A stretch of 64,000 nucleotides of DNA. Source: Octopus vulgaris (lineage: Eukaryota). Made by a program: the position numbers and the translations under genes. The notes under the pieces are model-generated. The model saw nothing but the letters and a program-made list of their open reading frames with translations, did no database searches and was not told where the DNA came from. Shown piece by piece: positions 43,780-59,807 of the stretch; position 1 is the first letter of the stretch, and each line of letters opens with the position of its first letter. The stretch lies in the NCBI GenBank assembly GCA_951406725.2, contig OX597828.1, forward strand, positions 21,824,001-21,888,000. The letters run 5' to 3'.

Positions 43780-44635
43780 ATGGCATTTGGTCAATAAGGG
43801 AGCTTCATGCCACTGTCCTCATCTGCACCTCCTGTCGCAAGGTAGGTTCATCTGGCACTCTCGACAGGAAGAGATCCACTTTGTTTGAAAACACTTGCAT
43901 CCACTCTGTTTAGGTTTCTCAGGACCTTTGGGAGAATATTTAAAAAGCTCTGGGCCATTCAAACCCAGGCTGTTGCAGTAACTGGTCCTGAAACGCGGCG
44001 GCATTGTTGACATCTTTGGCACTGAGCAGTGGCGAACCCTACTGTGATTTGCGTAGCTTTCAATGCTAAGATTTGGCACAATACCATTCAGGATCTTCTA
44101 GATGCGTATTACTGCATATCTCTCCCGCCTTTGCTCCAGGGTGTAGAGTCTTAGCTGTTTCAGCCTTTCCCAGAAGATGAGCTGTTGTAATGGGACGATC
44201 TGAAACTTCGCTGGATTGATTCAAGGTCCGGCTGTTATTTTTACACTGTGGGGAGACCATAGTTGGGATCAGTAGTCCAGGCGGTTGAGGACAAATGTCT
44301 ACTAGAGGACTATTATGGTTTCTTTCTCTCTGGATCTGAATGTTCTCAGGATCCATCAATCCAGTCGTCTGCACTTTGTCGCTATCTTGGTAATAAACAC
44401 TTGGAAAGAAGTATCATCACTCATGTCGATACCCGGGTCACGCACTAATTTAGGTTCTGGGTCGGAGTACCCTGTAAGTTTTTCGTTCAGCTTTGAGTGC
44501 TGGTGGCGCTGGGCCTGAGATTTTCCAGTATTAAAATTCATATTGTCCTCAGCCCTTTATATTCTGCGACAAGTCCGTATCGTCTGCGTAGCTAGCAAGG
44601 GTGGCTAGTGACTTCGCAGTTCCGGCCAGTTAAGC
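43780..44635 (-). mobile_element. CR1-group LINE remnant with RT YADD motif
   Basis: TLASYADDTD at ~44575-44602; ENNMNFNTGK; VRDPGIDMSDD; WILRTFRSRE; WERLKQLRLYTLEQRRERY; NSLGLNGPELF. Confidence 0.85.
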
Positions 44636-46009
44636 GATCGCCGAAACCCAGATCAGCGACGGCTTAACTGGCCATAAATCTGAAGTCACTGTCACTGACA
44701 TTCTTGTTTAAGAATAATAAATTTGTACTCTACGAAATTATAGAATGAACCATCATATGAAATATAAAATTGCTTTACGTTGTAACTGGACATAAAAGCA
44801 GACATTTATACATACTCACACAGACACACAGACACACACACACAAAAACACTCACACACAGACATAAACATAGACACATACACAAACACAGACACAAACA
44901 GACACAGAGACGCACCTACCCCCACATATATATGTGAGTATATATATATATGTATATATATATATATGTACATATATACCTATATATATATACTTTTATA
45001 TTTTCATATATGTCCATTTATATGTATGCAGGTCGTCAAAGGATGCGATGTCACAGACGACGTTATTTGTTGTTGTCACATTTTTAAATAAACGATGGAC
45101 GGCTAGTCTTTTACGAAAACCCGACCCATGTATGCGCCTTAAATAGGATTCTTTCAAGTGCAAATACACAGACGGTCTTGAAGAAAGATAAAAGGCCTTT
45201 GATGCAAATACACATAGATACGCATACACAGACACGCGTACAAAGATGAACATACATAGAAGTTTAGAGGCAGAGGGGAATAAAGGTGGAAGTGTATTTG
45301 ATAGAGAAGAAAACTTAGAACGTATCTGTTATAAATTCTTTTGACCTGTTCTGACAAAAAACAAAATAGAACAGACGATAGTTTGACGAGAGTTTTAACT
45401 CAGAAAAGAGAAGACAACAACACAAAATGCTCTAATTTATTCTGGTTCTACATTAAATAATGTCTGACAACTGACTGCACCTAAGAACATTAATCACGTC
45501 AACGTTTCAACCAATTTTCAAAGTTTATCTCGTCTGGATCTTACCAATATTCTAATTTCGTTTCTGTAATAATTTTGGTTTGCATTCAAGGACAAAGACC
45601 ATATATTTTCTTCTAAGTTCAGACATCGATATCAATTCACGTGATGAGACTTCGTCGCTATTTTCTCGACCCCCCAGAAATATATAAGATAATTTTCAGG
45701 CAGATGATAATTTAACCAATGAGTGAGTATTCACTGAATCTATGTAAACGCTGTAAATAATTTCTTTTCGATGATCAACCGATTCATGAACTGCACGGTA
45801 GACGGTTTGTAAATTATAACCATCTGCACCGTTACTACGTTACTCACGAATCGTAGTCGGTTATAACGATTTACACGAAAGTAACTATGGAAGGAACTGA
45901 AGGATACAATCAAAATATTTAACATTAACTGTAAGGGTCCAAACTTCATCTTTCGGTATCCTTTATGATGGGACGACATTGCAGACATAATCAAAACATA
46001 TGTCAAAAA

Positions 46010-47420
<1,411 letters not shown>

Positions 47421-48109
47421 TTCTATTTGAAAAAAAAAAAAAAAAATTCGAAATACAAATAAATGAAAAATATAAATATTTCTGTGATAGGCTCAACAAC
47501 CGAAGCATTTAACTTGTATTTTGTCTTCCCAGCAACGTTGAAAAGCAAATCGAAACAGAACAGAATTCTATATACACGTTGCAAGGCATTTTAATCCTAA
47601 AGATTTTCCTCGTTGTACGACAATACAGCTCTCTTTTTTTACTAAAAGAACAATCTCAAGAAAAATAAAGCATGAATATAAAAAAACAAAAACTCCCCAG
47701 TCGATTAGCTTTTATTCTGCACTTAAGAGAACATGCTTTTAAACAATATATAATTGTCTATTTAACTCATAATCCGACACATACAGTGAGAGTAATCCGA
47801 AAGAGAACATTAGTATGGAAAGAGAAAAAAACATCAATCTAGGCACATATTGTATACGTACATCAGTGGGCATGCGCACATAGATATCATACGTAAACAT
47901 AGGTAAAGCTATACACATACATAGATATGTATGTTTAAAAATATATATAGACATGTATAGTAGTTTCCAGCCTTTTGTCTTACTCAAGTCTGATTGTTTT
48001 CCAATTGTATTTTTTGCTCCAATTTTGAGGAAATTGCGGACACACGTTTATACACACACAACAACACAACACACACGTGTATATATACATGTATATTTAT
48101 ACTTATATG

Positions 48110-48168
<59 letters not shown>

Positions 48169-48497
48169 CACACATACATATACATGTATACATAATTACA
48201 TATACATGTATGGATGTGTATATATATACATACATACACACACAACGTTTTCTTTCATGTCAAGTCGAGTTCTTTATTTCTCTGCTATTATGTTATCTTT
48301 TCTTTCTTCTTTCAGTTTTTCTGTCCTCTATTCTATTAAGACTGTTTATATATATTTATATATATAATATAGTATATATATATATATATATATACATATA
48401 TGTATATATATATATATATGTATACTAATATATACATGCATACATGTATATATCTATATCTATCTATCTATCTATATATATATCCATATATATATAA

Positions 48498-48555
<58 letters not shown>

Positions 48556-48655
48556 ATATATATATATATACATATATGCATACATATGTATATATATGTA
48601 TATAAATATATATGTATATATATATATGTATATATATGTATGGATAGATAGATAC

Positions 48656-48702
<47 letters not shown>

Positions 48703-48949
48703 AATATCTACAATATCACGTTATGTGGTTTTTGTTTTCGGAAGAAAAAAAAACCACAGAGGGGAGAAAAAGAGAAAATAAAATTAATTTACTTCTGTAA
48801 CATTAAGAGGATTAATGACATTTTAAGACAAAGTCCACATTTAGTTAGTTTTAAGTCATGAAAAATTAATTGGAAATTATAGAAAACTAGAAATTAAAAT
48901 ATATATAAAGAAAAACATGGCTACCTAAAAGAATGTCATAATAATAATA

Positions 48950-49028
<79 letters not shown>

Positions 49029-49041
49029 TAATAATAATGAT

Positions 49042-49092
<51 letters not shown>

Positions 49093-49149
49093 GATAACAA
49101 TAATGATATTAGTAATAATAATAGTAATAGTATAGAAATGTTAAATAAA

Positions 49150-50430
49150 AGTATAAAATAAAATTAATAAGTAAAATAAAAAAAATGAAGATGAATAATG
49201 AAAACATTAAGTCAAATGAAAACCGAAGACACGAAAAGAAATTTTGAAAGATAATGAAGGAAAAAGGTATAGAGAAAGATGAAAAGAAAGATAGAAATCG
49301 TAGGAAGAAGGAAGAAAAGAAAGACAAAGAATCAAAGAGAAAGAAAAGAGAGAAAAGAAGGAAGGATGAACAATGGCGGAATGGAAGAAATAAAAAAGAA
49401 ATTGTTTAATCAGAATGTCTACTTTATTGATTGTTTGAATGAGAAATGTAATTAAAAGAAAGTAGGATATAAGGGAGAGAGAAGGAGGGAGAGAGAGGGA
49501 GGGGAAGGGAGAGAGTGAGGGAGAGAGAGAGAGGGGAGAGAGGAAAGGAAAGAGTGAGGGATAGAGAGAGGGAGAGAGAGGAAGGGCAAGAGTGTGGGAG
49601 AGAGAGAGGGGGAGAGGGGAAGGGCAAGAGTGAGGGACAGAGAGAGGGGGAGAGAGGAAGGGCAAGAGTTAGGGAGAAAGTGAGGGGGAGGAAGGGAAAG
49701 CGTGGGGGAGTGTGAGAGGGAGAGAGGAAAGGAAAGAGTGAGAGAGAGAGAGCGAGAGGGAGAGAGGAAAGGAATGAGTGAGGGAGAGAGAGAAGCAGGA
49801 GTGCTTGGGAGATAGAGGATAAGAGGAACAGAGGGAGATGGGAGTGAAAAGTGATAAGGAGACTCATAGAAATGAAAAGGGGCAGCGAGAGAAAAAGGAA
49901 GGGAAGAAGAGAGAGAGATAGAAAACAGTGAAAGGGAAAGAGTTGCGGGGTGAGATATAAATGTGAGAGAGAGAAATGCAGAGAGAGAGAGAGAAAGTGG
50001 AAGAGATGGAGAAGAGGAAGAAGATAGAGAGGAATGAAGAGAGAGAAAGAGCTATAGGGAGAGAGAAGGAACGGGGACAAGAGAGAAATGGTGAAAGAAA
50101 GAGGGAGAGAGAAAAGGGGATAGAAAGAGGACAGTAATAGGAAAGAGGCAGACAGAAAAATAGGAGAGAGAGAGAGAGAGAGGGAAGCGAAAGGAGTGAG
50201 AGACAGGAGCCCAGAGAGAGAGAAGAGCAGGAGGGGAGATAAACGAAAATAGAGAGAGAGACTGGAGTGCAAGGAGAGTGAGAGAGAAGCGGTAGACGAG
50301 AGCGAGAGAGAAGCGGAGAGAGCGCGAGAGAGAAGCGGAGGGAGAGAGTGAGAGAGAAGCGGAGGGAGGGAGAGAGAGAGAGAGGGAAAGAGAGAGAGAG
50401 AGTGAGAGAGAAGGTAGGGAAGAAAAAATA
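49150..50430. repeat. Polypurine/polypyrimidine GA-rich low-complexity tract with short tandem units (gagagaggaagggcaagagtg)
   Basis: Directly visible. Confidence 0.9.
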
Positions 50431-51105
50431 AGAAGCGGTTCTGTTGCTGTTGAAATGAAAAATTTCAATCTGTAGATGTTTTTGTTTTTTACGGGTTAAA
50501 TACGTAACCACAAACATCACCAGTAAACAAAAGGCAATTTGATAGAACTGGGACAGAACCGAGACCTCATTAATTTATAAACCCTTTTTAGAAAGCTTTT
50601 GGAAAGACTTATATCGGAATATATAATTTCCTCGCCACAGGAAATCAAAGACATGCTGATAATAGGACAGAAGAACGAGTAGTATTGTTTTTTGTATGTT
50701 TTTTATTTGTTTCAGTCATTAGACTGCGGCCGTTCTGGGGCACCGCCTTCAAGAGATCTTTGTCGAATGCGTTGATCTCAGTACCGATATCTTGTTAAGC
50801 CTGGTGCTTATTCTATTGGCTTCTCTTGCTGAACCGCTAAGTTACGGGCGCGTAAGCACCCTAGCACACACAAAGAGACACACACTTATACATACATAGT
50901 ACATACATTCACACACACACATACACACACATACTCATATATTTCCTATCCTCCACGAGGTCGATTTCCCGTTCGCCATGCAGTATTTACCAACAAAAAG
51001 TTACCCATATACCAACATGAAACCACGACACCACGTGACCTTCCTTGACCAATCACAGCCCACCTTACAGTAATAACAATCAACGTCTGTCATTTAAATT
51101 TAAAA

Positions 51106-51146
51106 TGGCTGACGACTAGCATCGCGCTCGAAACTTAAGAGTACCA
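51106..51146 (+). ncRNA. Type I hammerhead ribozyme-like motif
   Basis: UGG-CUGACGA-C-UAGC(AUCGC)GCUC-GAA-ACU(UAAG)AGU-A-CCA: canonical core, stem I UGG/CCA, stem III ACU/AGU with CUUAAG palindrome, GUA triplet, one mismatch at the base of stem II. Confidence 0.65.
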
Positions 51147-51172
51147 ACGATTTTGAATCAAACTATTTTGCT

Positions 51173-51202
<30 letters not shown>

Positions 51203-51207
<5 letters not shown>

Positions 51208-51405
51208 ATCCAAACAAGAAAACACAAAAAAAAACACAACGCGAGGACGTGGAACAAATATAGTATTATTGGACACTCAGGAAAGAAGGAAAAAAGGAGG
51301 GCTTAACGTTTCGAGCGGAGCTCTTCGTCGGAAACATTGGAGAAGGAAAGATCCAGAGAAGGGAAGACAGAGGAAAAAAATCGCCAACGGTACACACGAG
51401 GTCAC
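51203..51405 (-). mobile_element. Second copy of the hammerhead-bearing repeat at 4467-4676 (motif at 51301-51335)
   Basis: Near-identical sequence, again abutting (TA)n; GUUU-CCGACGA-A-GAGC(UCC)GCUC-GAAA-CG-UU-AAGC. Confidence 0.75.
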
Positions 51406-51493
51406 ATTTTGAAAGACCGGAAGGGAATATACATATATATTTATATATATAAAGAAATATATATATATATACACACACACACATGCACACACA

Positions 51494-51572
<79 letters not shown>

Positions 51573-52684
51573 AGAAATATATATATATACATACACACAC
51601 ACACATGCACACACACACACACACACACAAACACACACTCACTCACACACATATATATGCGACGGTATCTTTCAGTTTCCGTCTACCAAATAATCTCACA
51701 ACGCTTTGGTCGGGCCGAGGCTATAGTAGAAGACAGCCGGCAAAAGTGCCACGCAATGGGACTGAACTCCGAATCATGATATTGGGAAGCAAGATTCTTA
51801 CCACACAGCCACGCATGTGCCTGTACAGATATCTTAATTTTCAGGGATCGCAAATTCTCTCACATACCTCAGGTCGGACCGAGGCTATAGTACAAGACAC
51901 CTCAAATGGTGCCATGCATTGGTACTGAACTCAGAACCATGCCGATTGGAAGCAAGCATCTTACCACACAGCAGCGTAAGCGCCTGTACAGATATTTTCT
52001 AATATTAAAATATTAGCGCAGTTAAGAAGTTCAATTTACGGTTTCAGATTCAATCTCACAGCATACCAGCACCATGGGCGAGTGTCTGCTGCACTTGCCC
52101 CAAGTAAACCAATGTCTTATGTGCGAATGTCGGAAACTGTATCGAAGCTCGTCTTTTGCATGTAAGTGTATATGAGTGTGTGTTTTTTTCTGACTGTGTT
52201 TGTGCCCTCCACCGCTTCTCAGCCAGCGTTGGAATGTCTACATCTGCACAATTTAACGGTTCCACGAATGTGATCAACAGAATATGCACCATTACTAAAA
52301 ATGGTTCCTGGGGTTGCTTTCTGCAGCAAAAACCTTCACGGTTGCGCTCCAGCATGGGTGCAGATTAAGGATTTAAACAAAATAGAAAATATATAAATGG
52401 AAGATATGAGGAAGATTGCTTTCCCAAAGGAATAGCTTGGGTCCGCTCAAAAACAACGCTCTACCTTCTAAATGCGTGTCTACTGCTCTCAGGTCCTACT
52501 GCTTTCGTCTATGGGTTTGCGCTAGTCCTACTCACATAAGCATGACCATTTTTAACGTAATAGGTTTTCTCTCGTGAATGGGGAAATGCATGAAATCTAT
52601 TCGGTTACCAATGGAATACTGCTCACAACATTGCTGTTGCAGCTGATATTTTCTTGTTGCAGTTGGTGTTCTTATTATCATTAA

Positions 52685-53900
52685 CGCGGTGAGCTGGTAG
52701 AATCGTTAGCTCGCCGGAACAAAAAATATTGTTTAGCAGCATTTCGTTTGTCTTTACGTTCTGACTTCAGATTACGCTTAGGTCTTTCATCTCTTGTAGA
52801 GGGATAAAAAAAAAGGACCAGTCAAGCACTGTGGTCGATATAATCGACTATACTCCCCCGCCCCTAAAATTTCACGTCTTATGTCTACATTTTGAAACGT
52901 GTTCGACTGAAACAAGGGAGAATGCTAAAAACTGAAACCTCGACTCCGTCGGTCATAAATGACCATGGGTGCACCTAAGAGGTTACCCTCCGGGGTACAA
53001 GTCTAGGCGGAAAGTCGCCTGACCCGTGAACGCACAAACTAGGGTTGTTTCTATGGAAGACCAGCAGCCATCCATGCATACCGGCTTTCCCCTCTCCACG
53101 CCACCGCTGTTATCCAAGGGAAAGGTAAAGGGGCCGATACAGCTCGGCACCAGTGACATCGCAAATAATTTCTACAGCTGAGTGAACTGGAGCAACATGA
53201 AATAAAATGTCTTGCTCAAGTACACAACACGCAGCCCAGTCCGGGAATCGAACTCACAACCTCACGATCATCAACGCGACGCTTTAACCATTGAGTCATG
53301 CTAGGCATTTATATAAATGTAGTATTATGTTTCACGGCTTTTTTTGAATTCTTTAAAATTTGGTTGAGAAACTTTTCACAAAATTGAATGATGATACTGA
53401 GAAAATGTTGATAGCCATGATCTAAGCAGTGATCCAAAGAACAATCTCCATAAACTCGATATTAATAGTAACAGTAAGGCGGTGAGCTAGCAGGGTAGTT
53501 TTTTCGCCGGACAAAATCCTTAGCGGCATTTCGTCCGTCTCTATATTCTGAGTTCAGATCCTGGCGAGAGTGACTTTGCCGTCATCCTCTCGGATAGCGA
53601 TAAAATAAGTACCATTTGAGCACTGGGGTCGATGTAATAGACTTACTCCTCAAAAAATTTCAGGCCTTGTGCCTATAATAGAAAAGAGTATTATTATTAT
53701 TATTATTAAACTGTCAGAATCGGTACCACGTCGAACTAAATGCTTTGCGACATTTCTTCCGGCTTCCTACATTCTAGGTAGAAATTCTACCAACATCGCC
53801 TTTATCTTTCATCCCTTCGGTATCAATAACATACGTACCAGTTGAGCTCGGGTGTTGATGTAATCGACTAGACCCTCCCCTAAAACGTTAGGACTTGGAA
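52685..53900. mobile_element. SINE cluster: Nin-like copies (+) at ~52685-52890, 53476-53690 and 53710-53900; another SINE (-) at ~52940-53300
   Basis: Family motifs as above; (ATT)n tails on the Nin-like copies. Confidence 0.7.
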
Positions 53901-54478
53901 AATATTATTACTATTAATCGCTAAATAAAGTTACAAATGTGACTGAAGCGGCAGTAGTTTCGTGCAAAAGTCATTCGATATCTGAGAGTTCGTGCAGGAA
54001 ACTGATCAGAGAAAGGAGTTGAATAAATGCCATTTAAAAAAAGTGGGCCTCTGAAAACCTTTAGTGAATCCGTCGATTGGAAATAACGAAAAATATACGT
54101 ATACTAATGTATTTACTTGTATTTGTTCTGTATATTTTGGCACATCTATGCACACACGCACAAACACACACACATATACATACAAAGACAGACACGCAGA
54201 GACACACAGAGATACATACACACACACACATTCGCGTAGAGACAAAGATACATTCTAATCTCATGATGTTCAATGAATATTATTTGTTCGACTGAAATAA
54301 TGCTTGCGCTGTTGGAGAAATACGAATAAACTCATTTATATAATAGCTTGTATTCAATATTGATTACTTCATAATTGTATATTAATACGATTACAAGCTG
54401 AGATTCTTTCACAGCCATAGATATATGATGCATAAATACAGACAATACTTACATACATATCGATAGACGCATATATGC

Positions 54479-54543
<65 letters not shown>

Positions 54544-54574
54544 GATACATGTATTTATGCATATACATATATAC

Positions 54575-54633
<59 letters not shown>

Positions 54634-55729
54634 TATGCATATACATAAATATATATATAGAGAGAGAGAGGGAGAGACATATATATACGTATATGTGTAT
54701 GTGTGTATATATATATATATAGATAAATATATGTATGTACGTATGAATGTATATATATATGTATATATATATATATGTGTGTGTGTGTGTTAATGTATAT
54801 CTTAACGTCTACATATACACAAAAATATACAGAAAAAATATACACACATACAAACACATATGCATTTATATTCACTAACGTATGTATATATATATATTTA
54901 TACACACATACGCATATACCGATGTCATTTCTTATCTTATCAGGGTAAGTATATTTATGCATACACATCTATATGCCTATATATATATATATATGTGTAT
55001 GTGTGTGTATGTGTTTGTATATATGAATACATGTATATGTGGTGGTCGTGGTGGGGGGGTTTGTATGGAGCGTGTTTGTTTGTGTGTATAAAAAACACGC
55101 ACGCACACGCACGTATACACACATACATATTTAAAAGGAGCTTGTCTCAGTTCTACAGCACTTAAAGTTACGTATGCATGGGGTACTGTGCCTCATCAGA
55201 TGCTGGGCAAAGTATGGAGAGAATGAAAATAAATTTACAATGGCTCCTTTGTATTTAGGCCTCCATTGGTCAGTTCAGCTCAAGTGGTTATTTACATTAT
55301 CAGAACGATATCAGTTTATTCTATGATTAACTCTACACGTTCTAGATAGGATGTTAGTGTCATCGTGTCGGCATTTTTGCTGGTTGGCATATGCAGCGAC
55401 ATCAGTTCTGCAGATTGCATTCCACATTTTGAGTTTGTTAAGCAAGTTTTTTGCAGCAATTTTAGTCTTCTGTTGAATGAATTACTTAGCAACAATTAAT
55501 TGTATATTATGTTGATATAAACGATTTGATGGTGCGTTCCGCAAGTGAGTTTGCTTTATGCAAATTAATGTGGTGTAGCATCTGTGAGCAGCAGGAATTA
55601 AATACTTTTCCCTTGTGCGTCGGCCAGATGAGACTATCATTGTGGCATATCCGAGTCTAGTTCACTGACAAGGCACAACGTTGGTGGCAACACAATAAGG
55701 TCATATTTTCTGTTGGTATATACTGAGGA

Positions 55730-56310
55730 TTGGTGGAATTTGATCAGTTTCTCACGAAATCCCAGATGGCAGTAACGAGCCCCAGTTGAGTAAAGACGAG
55801 GTGTAATCTCTATCATATTCTTACAGACATTTCGGTGATCTTAGTGTCTCCAAATGAATCAGGAAATGTGTAGTTTGCCCTGTTTATACAACTGGAAGAG
55901 CGCCTATGTTGTGCGTATGTATCCTTTAAACTGTTGGTTGTTATGCCTGTGTAGTGGATGATGATGTCATCGGGTTATGTGAGGGGGGTATATATACGGT
56001 AGCCTTTGGGATGCACGAATCTCTTCGTGGTCAGTAAAAATTCGGCACTTACAGGTAGGGTCTGAGTGGATGCTAGTTTGCATATGCTATAGCGTGCAAC
56101 ACTGGAAACAATATTCTGAAAGCAGGAATATTAACTTTGACAATATAGGAATTAACGAGTTCATGATATACATATATATATATGGGTTCTCGGGAATGCT
56201 CTTTAATTTGCGACAGGAATATCAAAAGCTCCTTCTACATTAGTGGAAATCTCTATGTTGAATGGTAGACCGACCTAGATTACATTCCTCTTCTTATCTC
56301 TCGTCAGATT
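55730..56310 (-). pseudogene. Highly decayed Penelope-like linker plus GIY-YIG remnant
   Basis: Minus strand: NVI*VGLPFNIEISTNV (cf. NIIWFNPPFS.NVKTNI), HELVNSYIVKV, PTCKCR, HYTGITTNSLKDTYAQHRRS, CHLGFREKLI. Confidence 0.6.
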
Positions 56311-56453
56311 CGGTCGTGGAGTAGGCTATCAACTAACATACTGGAAGCAAACCCTTCCTTGTGTGCCTGGGGGGTTTGTCCTTGCTGAATATCTCCCTGT
56401 TAGCTGATATTTTGAGATTCCTCTGCGGATGTCTGTGAATAGTCTTCTAATTA

Positions 56454-56674
56454 CAGCAATCATTCGCCATATCGCGGTTCACCTATCGCGGTTTATTTTT
56501 TAAGCTTACGTTGATTCCTCCGTGGTGTTGTTTTGCATTTATAAAAAAATAAATATATGTAAATTATGAAAATAATAAGAAAATATACGGTACAGTATTG
56601 ATTCTGCTTCGCGGATTTTCACCTAACGTGGGATCTTTTGGAACGTAACACCCGCGATAGTCGAGTGATTTCTG
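56454..56674. mobile_element. pogo/Tigger-type MITE
   Basis: TA-CAGcaatcattcgccatatcgcgg ... ccgcgatagtcgagtgatttCTG-TA: TIRs with TA duplication. Confidence 0.8.
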
Positions 56675-56847
56675 TATACCTAGAAATTGGAGCTAACAAG
56701 AGTGTCTATGACAAGAAACAGTTTTCTATCTAAAGAGAGGGGGAAGAGTGGGGGAGAAATTTGCTATTATTGAAGATGGCGAGGGACATTTCTTTGTGAA
56801 TTTAGGCTGGGGTCATTTATGGGTCGACTGTAAAATAAATAAATAAG

Positions 56848-57054
56848 CGTGGCTGTGTGGTAAGAAGCTTACTTTCCAGTTACGTGGTTCAATTCCACCG
56901 CATAGCACTTTGGGCAAGTGTCTTCTACTATAGCCTCAGGCCGACCAAAGCCCAAGCCTTGCGAGTGGATTTGGTAGACGGAAACTGAAAAAAGCCTGTC
57001 GTATACATACATACATACATACATACATACATAGATACATACATAGATACATAC

Positions 57055-57129
<75 letters not shown>

Positions 57130-57365
57130 ATATAATATTTATATATTTGCGTGTGTTTGTGCCTGGGTCTGTGTGTGAGTTTATCCCTCCATCATCGCTT
57201 GGCAACCGATGTTAGCGCGTTTACGTCTTCGTAACTTAGCGGTTCGGCATAAGAGACCGATAGAATGAGTACTAGGCTTACACAGACTAAGTCTTGGGGG
57301 TCGACTTCTTCGACTAATAGCAGTGCTCCAGCATGGCCGCAGTCATATGACCGAAGCACATGAAA
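56848..57365 (+). mobile_element. tRNA-derived SINE (22207 family) with expanded internal microsatellite
   Basis: gcgtggctgtgtggtaagaagctt...gagtggatttggtagacggaaactgaa...ccagcatggccgcagtc. Confidence 0.85.
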
Positions 57366-58561
57366 AAATATTGTGGCACCCTGTAAATACATTTAGAGTC
57401 AAAGAAAAATAAAGTGGACGTATGTGAGGAAGAGGAGAGAAAGAGAAGATATAGCAATGGTAGTTAGAAGTTGTGAGGTGAATCGGGAGAGAAGGGAACC
57501 GAGGTGGAAGATGTTGGTGTTGGTCGGTAGGGGGCCGTAGCAGTTCTAGGTAAGTTGGTGGTTTATGGCTTAACGTTAAAACTACACACGCGCATATTTG
57601 CGCTCAGGGGCGTTTTCTTTCCCATTTTGTGTGCCTGTAGCATCTCGAGGTATGCATGCGTGCGTGGATCCTTGGGTTTTCTCATGTGCAGATGGAAGGT
57701 GTAGGGGGATCACAAGGTTAGGAAAATATATTAGAATATAAAAAGATGAGGAAAGAAAATAACAAAATAAAAAATATAAAGGTAGTTAAAAAGTCTTTGT
57801 AAGCGTGGGCGCGTGTGTCTGTGTTGCGTCTTTGTGCTTGTTTCCCAAACTGACTGACAACCGCGACTGGTTTATTTGCGTTCTCATAAATAGCGGTTCG
57901 GCAAAGCAGACTGATAAAATCAGTACAAGACTCGGAGAAAAAAAAAATGTACTACGGTAGATCCGTTCGACTACAACTACTTGCATCTCAATACGCCCAG
58001 CATGGCTGCAGTGTGATAATTCTTACGAGTAAGAGATATAAGATGAAACATATCGGTGTGTGAAGGTGTCTGTGCGTGTGCGCTCTCTCTCTCGTTTAAA
58101 GTTGTAAAGAAAAAGAAGCAAGTATAACACATTCTGTATGAATCTTTGGCAAAGAGAACACCAAGAAAACATGCTGCACTCGGTTAACATTACATAATTT
58201 TCCTATTATATTAAATGAAAAACCGTAATTAAATAATTCATGCACTGACTCCTTCTCAGGTTTTTTCTCTCTGTGTACTGTGTGATCTTTCTATCTATAA
58301 AAACCGATGAAAGGACACTTGTACGAGATCTTGCACTTTCGTCTTTAAGTATGTAAGGAAGGAGGGAGCGTTCTACATTCTGCATGTGTGCCATTCAATA
58401 TGAGACACACTATACAATTATATATATGAATGTGCCATCATATATGTATATATACATACATGCATACATACATACATACACATATATACATATATACATA
58501 CTGATATATATATTATATGTATGTATATATATATATATATATATATACACATACAAACAAA

Positions 58562-58624
<63 letters not shown>

Positions 58625-59376
58625 CCATATAATACATTGACGTGTGCTCCTTTTATTTAGATATTTGCACTACAGCCATTGTCAGGCATGTGTTAACTCG
58701 GGTGGATATGTATTTACGCGTGTATACACGGATAGGTACGTATGTATGTGTGTGTGCATATATATATACATATATGTATGCAAGTATTTATGTATATATA
58801 TATATATATATATATGCATATTTATATAAGGTTATGTGTTTGTGTGTGCGAGCGTGTGTACGTATATATATTTATATCTACCTGTCTAACTAACCAACTA
58901 TATACCTATCTATGTTTGCATTATATATTACACAAAAGATATTTAACGGTCCTGCTACTCATAACTACTTTGCTGGGGGCAGTTTTAAAGGTTGAAAATT
59001 TCCCGATTTCTTCATTGTAGTCACATGTGAAGTGTAACAGTTTGTTTACATGCGTGATACAAAAAAAAGAACTAATATATGCTTACACACAAACACGCGC
59101 ACATACACACACACACACACAGCTGTGTGTGTGTTTGAGTGTATGAGTATGTGTGTCTGTGTGTGCGGACGTGTACGAATGTGACTTTGATGTTCTGTTC
59201 TATATTTTGAATAAAAACATATTAACATTTGTGCAAAGACAAATTGAATCAAGCTTGCATGCATATATACACATACATACATACATACAAACATACATAC
59301 ATACATACATACATACATACATACATACATACATACACACACATACGTACATATGTACATACATGCATGTATATAT

Positions 59377-59460
<84 letters not shown>

Positions 59461-59529
59461 CTTACACACAAACACATATATATATATATATTATATTTAT
59501 ATATACATACATGTATGTATGTATATATA

Positions 59530-59591
<62 letters not shown>

Positions 59592-59766
59592 AACTTACAT
59601 ACATTCATGCATAAACACATACACAAATACAGAGATGCATACATACATACATACAATCATATATAAATACAAATATACACATATATACATATATGCCTAC
59701 ATAGAAACGTATCTATATATACATATGTGTATATATACATATATATTCATACATTTATGTGTGTGT

Positions 59767-59807
<41 letters not shown>

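Larger units (their letters stand above)
50705..52380. mobile_element. Fragments of the 22207-type SINE (50705-50870 -, 51655-51822 -, 51870-51985 -, ~52056-52380 +)
   Basis: Recognisable family motifs tgtttcagtcatt.gactgcggcc, tttcagtttccgtctaccaaa and cttaccacacagcc. Confidence 0.7.

Noticed and set aside
49424-50520. L/S/P-rich ORFs of 282 aa and 218 aa
   Set aside because: Translation of a CT-rich low-complexity strand.
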